The notes under the pieces: model-generated
Told to the model about the DNA's origin: nothing
Databases searched by the model: none
The model's input: the letters and a program-made list of their open reading frames with translations, nothing else
Source: Antedon mediterranea
Lineage: Eukaryota > Animalia > Echinodermata
Direction of reading: 5' to 3'
Assembly: GCF_964355755.1 (NCBI RefSeq)
Contig: NC_092678.1
Location: forward strand, 15,791,881-15,855,880
DNA: 64,000 nucleotides
Translations under genes and position numbers: made by a program
Part shown: piece by piece, positions 54,556 through 64,000 of the stretch
Position numbering within the stretch: the stretch's first letter is position 1
Layout: each line of letters begins with the position of its first letter

Positions 54556-56138
54556 TTAGTTATCCGCTTAGTAGCGGATAACTCCTTGTGATTGTAGTGG
54601 ATCAATATTTTTTTTTTTTTTCTGTATTATTCTTATTTCTTTCCCATTTTTTTGTGAGTCACGTTTCTCTAAAATGTGTAAACATAACATTTTATAACTT
54701 TGACAACATGTGGGCATTTACGTGAAGTTGTGCATCTCCTATTTTGAATGACGTCAGAGTTGCGCAACGTGACTTGCGCGCGATTTTATGATTTTTATTG
54801 ATTGATCATAGCTTAAAAACCAAGAGTAATTTTTTTTTACCCTTTGTGAAAATTTAAGTCATATCAAGGGCAAACTGTTAGTGCACTAAAAATGGCATGT
54901 TTTACAAAAAGTTACGCGTGCACGCGCAATTAAAATTTCAAAATGCGCAAAATTAATTTCTAATCAACTTTCTACGCGTTTCATGTCATTTTAAGCATGC
55001 AAAAAATTCCCACGCGTGCGCACATTTTTACGTGTGCGGTGCGCACGTAGCATTAAAAACATATTTTTTTCGAGTGATTTATGTTTCTCCAGCCTTTTAT
55101 AGTAATTTTACCAACTTTTAAACACTTTCGACTTAAAGTTACGTCATACGAGCACGTCGAATTGGACAATTTGCGCACGTTTTTGAGGAAAAATTACAAA
55201 AATTTGTCAAAATTATGCCTTTTTTTAAACAGTCGTAATTTCTAAACTACACGGTCAACTTTTTGTGGATGACATATTCCGGAAGTTGATGAGTTGTAGA
55301 TATCGGATCATGTATTAATATGTCTAACCGGACATTTTAACGTCATCGTATGGCCACGCGAATATAAAATTGAGGATTTTTGTATCTTTCGTCATAGCTC
55401 ATCACATTTAATAGAGCGCATCTCCACTTATCCATTTTCCATTTTCACCCCGATTTTGATATTGTCTAGGTCAATCAACTATCTTTCGCATGAGTTAAAA
55501 ATATTTTAATTATTATGACGTCATCATGCCTAAAAATTTAAATTACATGTGGCATTAATTTCATCTTTACAGAAAATTTTAATCTGTTATAGCTCGTAAG
55601 AATAAAATGTGATAATCACGATTAAAACGTTTTCTGGAAGCTATTGGATTGTAGATACAAAATCATGTAAAAATTTGGCAAATCGGATGTTGTGACGTCA
55701 CCATATGGCCAGTTAAATAAAAAAAGTCGTATTTTCATATTTTGCGTCATAGTTCATTACATTTAAAAGAGCGCGCATTAATATTTTACGTATTAAAATT
55801 TCTTCTACACATTAATATGTTGGTGCTGAGATAATTTCCTTCCAAAATTGCTATATCAGTGTTTCATTTTCATACCGTCACCATGTTAAAAATTGGAATA
55901 AATGACGGGACCCTTAATTTCGCCTATCCTACACTGTATTAATATGTATACATATTATACTATGCATACTGTAAATAGTATATGACACAAAATATACAGC
56001 ATTTAGCACTAACAACATATTTTACTCTTCAGTTCATGTCAATATGCCATAATTTTTTTCTGTGTCCAATGTATGACGTGCACGTGGCGTTTGTCGTGCG
56101 GATAACTAACTCGTCAAAGTGACGAGTTTCATGTCTAG
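54556..56138 (+). mobile_element. Complete HINE, TTAGTA-loop head
   Basis: Contiguous head, T-tract, body and CTAG end. Confidence 0.9.
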
Positions 56139-59100
56139 TTAGTTATCCGCACATGGCAGTGTGCGGATAACTCCTTGTTATTGTATGGGATCTTTTTTTT
56201 TTTTTTGGTTATCCGCAACTTTTTAAGTTGCGGATAACCCTTGTTATTGTAAATATCTTTTTTTTTTTCATCTTTATTCTTCTTTCTTTCCCGGATTTTT
56301 GTGCGCAGCATATCCCCTATTGCTTGTTACTATATCATATATATAACTTTTTCATCATATGGACATTTACCTGAAGTTGTGCACCTCCATATTTTGAATG
56401 ACGTCAGAGTTGCGCAACGTGACTTACGCGCGATTTTATGAATTTCAATGATTGGTCATAGATTATAAACCAAAAGTCATTTTGTTTTGACACTTAGTGA
56501 AAATTTAAGTCATATCAAGGGCAAACTTTCTATGGATTAAAAATGACATGTTTCACAAGAATTTAAGCGCGCACGCGCATTTAAAGTTTCAAAATGCGCA
56601 AAATTAATTTCTAATCAACTTTATACGCTGATCATGACATTTTGAGCATGTCAAAAATTCCCGCGCGCGCAAACAAATTTACGCGTATGGTGCGCACGGA
56701 GCATGAAAATCATGTTTTTTCTCTTGAATTTTGATTATCCAGCCTTTCCTAGTCATTTTAAAAAAGATTGACATCATTTCAAATTAAAATGACGTCATAC
56801 GAACACGTTGATTTAGACAATTTGCGCGCATTTTAGTTGAAAAAGTTACAAAATAATGTCAAAATTATGCCTACTTTGAATCTATTATAGCTCCTCAGGA
56901 TCAACCGTTACCCCCAATTTTTTTAATTTAATATGTAAGCAGATATGTTGTAGAAATGAATTCATGCAGAATCTTTACCCCTCGGATGTTATGACATCAT
57001 CGTATGGCCACACGAATGTAAAATATTGGATTTTTGACAGTTTCGTTATTGCTCATTACATTAAATAGAGCGCATATCGCTTATACGTATTCCATTTCCT
57101 CATATATTTTAATACTGTCTAGGTCAATCAACTATCTTTCGCATGAGTTAAAAATATTTTAATTTTTATGACGTCATCATGTCTAAAAATGTAAATAATG
57201 TGGGTCACTTATTTTTATCTTTACAGTAAATTTCAATCGGTTATAGCTCGTCAGAATTATAAGTGATGATCATGATTAAAACGTTTTCTGGAAGCTATTA
57301 GATTGTAGATACAAATTCATGTGAATATTTTGCCAATCAGATGTTGTGATGTCATCATATGGCCAGTTAAATTCAAAAAGACATATTTTCACCTCTTGCG
57401 TAAAAGTTCGTTGCGTTTAAACGAGAGCGCATCTCACTTTCACGTGCCCAAAATTCTTAAAATTTGTATTAATGTAATTATTTAGATAATTATCTTCTAA
57501 AATTGTTATCTTTATATGCCAATTTGATGACGTCATCGTGTTAATAATTGGATTTAAAAGATGGGTCTCGTAATTTCGTCTATTCTACACTGTATATAAC
57601 ATACAGTGTATTCTGTAAATACTGTAATATGTTGTATGCTACAAAATAGGTACAATTCAGCACTGTAAACGTATTTAAATCATGTAATTGGAAGGCATAA
57701 TAATTGTCAGCGTTCATATATTTTAAACGTATGTGCATGTTGCGTTTGCGCGGATAACCCGAACTCGTCAAAGTGACGAGTTCAAATCTAGTTTTCTGTA
57801 TTATTCTTCTGTCTTTCTTCCTTTTTTTGTGAGCCCTGTTTCTCTAAAATGTGTAAACAGAACATATCATAACTTTGTCAACATATAGATATTTACGTGA
57901 AGTTGTGCACCTCCTATTTTTGAAAAAAGTCACAGTTGCGCAACGTGACTTGCGCGCAATTTTATGAAGTTAAATGATTGATCATAGATTAAAAACTGAA
58001 AGTCATTTTGAATTGAGACTTGGTGAAAATTTAATTCATATCAAGAGTCAACTTTCTGTGGATTAAAAATGGCATGTTTCACACAAAGTTACGCGCGCAC
58101 GCGCATTTAAAATTTTAAAATGCGAAAAATCAATTTCTAATCAACTTTCTACGCGTTTCTTGTCATTTTGAGCATGTCAAAAATTCCCACACGTGCGCAA
58201 ATTTTTACGCGCGAGGGGCGCATGTAGCGTTAAAAACATACTTTTTTCGTGTGATTTATGTTTTTCCAGCCTTTTCTAGTAATTTTACCAACTTTTAAAC
58301 AATTTCGACTTAAAATTACGTCATACGAGCACGTCGAATTGGATAATTTGCGCGCGTATTTGATCAAAAAGCTAAAAAAATCGTCAAAATTATGCCTTTT
58401 TTTAAACAGTCGTAGTTTCTAAACTAAACGGTGAAAGTTATTTTTATTACATATTCTGGAAGTTGATGAGTTGTAGATATCAAATCATACATTAATATGG
58501 CTAACAGGACATTTTGACGTCATCGTATGGCCACGCGAATATAAAAAATAGGATTTTTGTCTCTTTCGTTATTGCTCATCACATTCAATGGAGCGCATCA
58601 CGCTTATCCGTATTCCATTTTCTCCGAGATTTTAATATTGTCTAGGTCAATCAACTACCTTTCGCATGAGTTAAAAATATTTTTATATTTGTAACGTCAT
58701 CAAGCCTAAAAATGTTAATTACTTGGGTCATTAATTTCATCTTTACAGTAAATTTTAATCTGTTATCGCTCGTAAGAACAAAATGGGATAATCACGATTA
58801 AAATGTTTTCTGGAAGCTATTGGATTGTAGATACGAAATCATGTAAACATTTTGCCAATCGGATGTTGTGACGTCATCATATGGCCAGTTAAATAAAAAA
58901 AAGTCGTATTTTCATCTTTTGCGTCATAGTTCATTACATTTAAAAGAGCGCGCATCAATATTTCACGTGTTCAAATTTCTTCTACACGTTAATATGTTGT
59001 TGCTGAGATAATTTCCTTCCGAAATTGCTACATTCGCGTTTCATTTTGAAACCGTCAATATGTTAAAAATTTGAATAAATAGCGGGTCCCGTAATTTCAC

Positions 59101-59314
59101 CTATTCTACACTGTATGTGATATGTATACAGATTATACTGTGTATACTATATGACACAAAATAACAGAATTCAGCAATAAAAACATATCATATTCTTCAG
59201 TTCAGGTCACAATGCCATAATCTTTTTCCGTGTGCAATATTCCAACGTATGACGTGCACGTGGCGTTTGTCGTGCGGATAACTAACTCGTCAAAGTGACG
59301 AGTTTCATGTCTAG
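56139..59314 (+). mobile_element. HINE with ACATGGCAGTGT head (body 57792-59314) containing nested HINE 56205-57791
   Basis: Two heads and two CTAG ends (57791, 59314). Confidence 0.86.
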
Positions 59315-62300
59315 TTGGTTATCCGCCTCAAGCGGATAAGCATTTGTTATTGTAGTGTTACTTTTTTTTTTTTAGTTATCCGCACTTGGCGGATAACTCC
59401 TTGTGATTGTATGGGATCATCATTTTTAGTTATCCGCACTTGGCGGATAACTCCTTGTTATTGTATGGGATCAATATTTTTTTCTGTTTTATTCTTCTTT
59501 CTTTCTCGCTATTTTTGTGTAGAGCGTTTCTCTAAAATGTGTAAACATAACATTTCATAACTTTGACAACATGTGGGCATTTACGTGAACTTGTGCACCT
59601 CCTATTTTTTAATGACGTCAGAGTTGTGCAACGTGACTTACGTGTGATTTTATGAATTTCGCGTATTTAACATAGATCGAAAACCATAAAAGATTTTAAA
59701 CTGAAACTTTGCAAAAGTTTAATTTGTGTCATGCGCTAACTTCCTGTTAAAAAAAATTGCGTGTTTTACACAAAGTTACGCGTGCACGCGCATTTAAAAT
59801 TTTAAAATGCGCAAAATTAATTTCTATTCAATTTTCTTCGAGTTTCATGTCATTTAAAGCATGTCAAAAATTCCCACGCATGCGCAAATTTTTACGTGTG
59901 TGGTGCGCACGTAGCATTAAAAACATATTTTTTTCGCGTGATTTATATTTGTCCAGCCTTTTCTAGTAATTTTACCAACTTTTAAACAATTTCGACTTAA
60001 AGTTACGTCATACGAGCACGTCGAATTGGACAATTTGCGCGCGTTATTGATGAAAAAGTTCAAAAATTTGTCAAAATTATGCCTTTTTTTAAACAGTCAT
60101 AATTTCTAAACTACACGATCAACTTTTTGTGGATGACAAATTCTGGAAGTTGATGAGTTGTAGATATCGGATCATGTATTTTTATGGCTAACCGGACATT
60201 GTGACGTCATCGTATGGCCACGTGAATATAAAATTTAGGATTTTGTATCTTTCGTCATAGCTCATCACATTTAGTAGAACGCATCGCCACTTATCAGTTT
60301 TCCATTTTCACGCCGATTTTGATATTGTCTAGGTAAATCAACTATCTTTCGCACAAGTTAAAAATATTTAAATTTTTATGAGGTCATCATGCCTAAAAAT
60401 TTTAATTACGTGGGTCATTAATTTCATCTTTACAGTAAATTTTTATCTGTTGTAGCTCGTAAGAATAAAATGTGATAATCACGATTAAAACATTTTCTGG
60501 AAGCTATTGGATTGTAGATACGAAATCCTGTCAACATTTTGCCAATCGCATGTTGTGACGTCATCATATGGCCAGTTAAATAAAAAATGTCGTATTTTCA
60601 TATTTTGCGTCATCATTCATTACATTTAAAAGAACGCGCATCAATATTTCACGTATTCGAATTTCTTTTACACGTTAATATGTTGTTACTGAGATAATTT
60701 CCTCCCGAAATTGCTATCTTAGTGTTTCATTTTGATACCTTAACCATGTTAAAAATTTGAATAAATTGCGGGTTCCGTAATTTCACCTATTCTACACTGT
60801 ATGTAATAATGTATACAGATTATACTGTTTGCATGTATATACTATATGACACAAAATAGACTGAATTCAGCACTAAAAACGTATGATATTCTTCAGTTCA
60901 GGTCATAATGCCATAATTTTTATCTCTGTGCAATATTCCAACGTATGACGTGCACGTGGCGTTTGTCGTGCGGATAACTAACTCGTCAAAGTGACGAGTT
61001 TCATGTCTAGTTTTTTTTTTTTTCTGTATTATTCTTATTTCTTTCCTTCCATTTTTGTGTAGAGCGTTTCTCTAACATGTGTGAACGTAACATTTCATAA
61101 CTTTGTCAACATATGGGCATTTACGTGAAGTTGTGCACCTCCTATTTTTTAATGACGTCAGAGTTGCGCAACGTGACTTACGTGCATTTTATGATTTTTT
61201 ATGATTGATCATAGACTAAAAACCAAGCATAAATTTGTTTTGACACTTTGTGAAAATTTAAGTCATATCAAGGGCAAACTTTTTGTGGATTAAAAATGCC
61301 ATGTTTTACAAGACGTTACGCGCGCACGCGCATTTCTCCTCTATTTTTGTATCTCGCGTATCTCAAAAACGTGTAAACATAACATTTCATAACTTTGTCA
61401 ACATATGGGCATTCATGTGAAGTTGTGCACCTTCTATTGTGAATGACGTCAGAAATGCGCAACGTGACTTACGCACTATTTTATGAATTTCGCGTATTTA
61501 ACATAGATTTAAAACCATATAACAATTTAAATTGAAACTTCGCAAAAGTTTAATTTATATCATGCGCTAACTTTCTGTGGAAAAAAAATTGCGTGTTTTA
61601 CACAAAGTTACGCGCGCACGCGCATTTAAAATTCAAAATGCTCAAAATTAATTTTTAATCAACTTTCTTCGCTGATCATGACATTTTGAGCATGTCAAAA
61701 TTTCCCACGCGTGCGAACAATTTTATGCGCGTGGTGCGCACGTAGCGCTAAAAGTATTTTTTTTTTATTGAATTATGTTTTTCCAGCCTTTTATAGTAAT
61801 TTTACCAATTTTAAAACAATTTCGACTTACAATTACGTCATACGGGCACGTTGAATTGGATACTTTACGTGCGTTTTTGATGAAAAAGTTCAAAAATTTG
61901 TCAAAATTATGCCTTTTTTTAAACAGTCATAAATTCTAAACAACGAGGTGAACTTTTTTTAAATTACATATTCTTGAAGGTGATGAGTTGTAGAAAGCGG
62001 ATCATGAATCAATATGGCTAACCGGACATTGTGACGTCATCGTATGGCCACACGAATGTAAAATATAGGATTTTTGTCTCTTTCGTTATTGCTCATCATA
62101 TTCAATGGAGCGCATCACGCCTATCTGTATTCCTTTTTCTCTGAGATTTTAATATTGTCTAGGTCAATCAACTATCTTACGCATGAGTTAAAATATTTTA
62201 ATTTTTATGACGTCACCATGCCTAAAAATTTTAATTAACAGCGTCATTAATTTCATCATTACAGTAAATTTTAATCTGTTATAGCTCGTAAGAATAAAAT

Positions 62301-62813
62301 GTGATAATCACGATTAAAACGTTTTCAGGAAGCTATGGTATTGTAGATACGAAATCATGTGAACTTTTCGCCAATCAGATGTTGTGACGTCATCATATGG
62401 CCAGTTAAATAAACAAAGTCATATTTTCATCTTTTGCGTCATAGTTCATTACATTTAAAAAAGCGCGCATTAATATTTCACGTATTCAAATTTCTTCTAA
62501 ACGTTAATATGTTGTTGCTGAGATAATTTTCTTCCGAAATTACTACCTTCGCGTTTCCTTTTGAAAACTAAAATAAAATATGGGTCCCGTAATTTCACCT
62601 ATTTTACACTGTTTGTGACATGTATACAGATTATACTGTGTATACTATATGACAGAAAATATACAGCATTCAGCACTAACAACACATCATATTCTTCAGT
62701 TCAGGTCATAATGACATAATCTTTTTCGGTGTGCAATATTCCAACGTATGACGTGCACGTGGCGTTTGTCGTGCGGATAACTAACTCGTCAAAGTGACGA
62801 GTTTCATGTCTAG
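59315..62813 (+). mobile_element. D head (unclosed) followed by two ACTTG heads and two bodies (ending 61010 and 62813; the second is chimeric at ~61335)
   Basis: Heads at 59315, 59372 and 59426; CTAG ends at 61007 and 62810. Confidence 0.85.
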
Positions 62814-62817
62814 TTTA

Positions 62818-64000
62818 TTGGTTATCCGCCTCAAGCGGATAAGCATTTGTTATTGTAGTGTTACTTTTTTTTTTTTTGGTTATCCGCCTCAAGCGGATAA
62901 GCTCTTGTTATTGTAGTGTTACTTTTTTTTTTTTTTTTATTGGTTATCCGCCTCAAGCGGATAAGCTCTTGTTATTGTAGTGTTACTTTTTTTTTTTTTT
63001 TTATTATTCTTCTTTCTTTCTCAGATTTTGTGCACGCGTTTTCTCTTGAACGTGTTAACATAACATGTTGTAATTTGGTCAACATTTAGACATTTAACTG
63101 AAGATGTTCAGCCAAGCTTTTGGTCGCTGTCAGATCCGCGTAGCGTAAGTCACGCGCGATTTTCTGAAAATCTTAAATCGGTCATAACTTCGAAACCGAT
63201 AAATATTTTTTAACGAAATTTTCAGCCACGTTTTCTTCACATCAATGGCTAACTTTTGGAATGTTTAACAAATTTTTAGAGATAAGAAAGTTTTCGCGTA
63301 AATTGCGTTTGAAATATTTTACTCTTCTTATTTTGTGCACGCTGTTTCTCTTCAACGTGTAAACATAATATGTTGTAACTTGTTCAGCATTTAGACATTT
63401 TACTGAAGTTGTCCAGCCAAGCTTTTTGACGATGTCAGAGCCGCGTAGCGTAAGTTACGCGTGATTTTCTGAAAATCTTAAATTGGTTATAACTTCGAAA
63501 CAAATGAATATTTTTTAACGTCATTTTCAGCCACGTTTGCTTCACATCAATAGTTAACTTTTTTAACGCTACCGCAATTTGTAACATTAGAAAGTGCGCG
63601 CGTAAACGGCGTTTGAAATTTTAAAATGCTTCAAATCAATTTCTGATTAAATTAGAGCACGATTCAGGTCATTTTAAGCGTTTAAAAAATTGCTACTGGT
63701 GCGCACATTTTTACGCGCGCACGGCGCAGGGAACACGTATGAGCATTTATTTTACACGATTTGTGTTTTTAAATCTTCGGTTAACAGTTTTGCGTTATTT
63801 TATTCACTTTTCAACTTGAAATGGCGTTCTACGAGCACGTTAAACATGACAGGTTGCGCACAAAAACGTCAACAAATTGTGAAAATTTTGCAAAATATGT
63901 CTACTTTTAAAAATGAAACAGTTCATCAGAATGCAAGGTTACCCCCATTTTTTATTTTAATTTCTTGCAGTGTATGAATCATAGCTCTGATTTATTATAT
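62818..64000 (+). mobile_element. Three D heads and a D-type body running off the window
   Basis: GGTTATCCGCCTCAAGCGGATAAG at ~62820, 62878 and 62942; the body matches 15005-15990. Confidence 0.88.

Larger units (their letters stand above)
13425..64000. mobile_element. Nested cluster (>50 kb) of non-autonomous Helentron-like HINE elements of several related subfamilies
   Basis: Recurrent 5' head TT(A/G)GTTATCCGC-n-GCGGATAAC..TTGT..T-tract and 3' end GCGGATAAC(T/C)AA-CTCGTC(AAAG/CTCAAG)TGACGAGT-n-CTAG. No TSDs and no RepHel ORF. Confidence 0.9.

Noticed and set aside
14076-63977. Recurrent ORFs (MPLVRTF..., MSNSTCS..., MLFGFRH..., MKSFAAH..., MICNNQL...) as a gene family or integron-like cassettes
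   Set aside because: They are short, many start at TTG/GTG, stops and frameshifts vary between copies, they overlap on opposite strands and show no recognisable domain. They recur only because the elements recur, and no integrase is present
13425-64000. Simple satellite DNA with a ~1.5 kb monomer
   Set aside because: The units belong to distinct subfamilies with defined termini and nested, not merely tandem, order

Overview
AT-rich eukaryotic DNA, probably from a marine invertebrate (inference only, from the repeat types and TAGGCCTA-rich tracts), with no intact protein-coding gene or RNA gene. It is almost entirely non-autonomous transposon DNA. (1) 1-725 is the end of an element with a CACATTTGTGG minisatellite and an ...AACA terminus. 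(2) 726-12192 is three tandem copies of a ~3 kb unit. Each copy carries a DINE-1/HINE-type Helentron derivative, two carry a canonical Helitron (empty A|T site in copy 1), and one of those Helitrons carries a 5'-truncated L2/CR1-group LINE. (3) 13425-64000 is a >50 kb stack of ~1.1-1.6 kb non-autonomous Helentron-like (HINE) elements, with 38 palindromic 5' heads (GTTATCCGC-n-GCGGATAAC) and 28 3' ends (subTIR + ACTCGTC..GACGAGT hairpin + CTAG) by my manual count. Heads and bodies parse like nested brackets: elements sit in the A/T tract just behind the head of an earlier element, at least 5 levels deep, and split elements can be rejoined base-exactly across 1.5-18 kb. A 19.4 kb slab of this stack (22097-41516) lies inverted inside one split element. 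A Kolobok-like MITE (TTAA TSD) and a 3.8 kb CAC-ended element (4-bp TSD, degenerate spliced gene) are inserted in the stack. The supplied ORFs are mostly spurious repeat translations.
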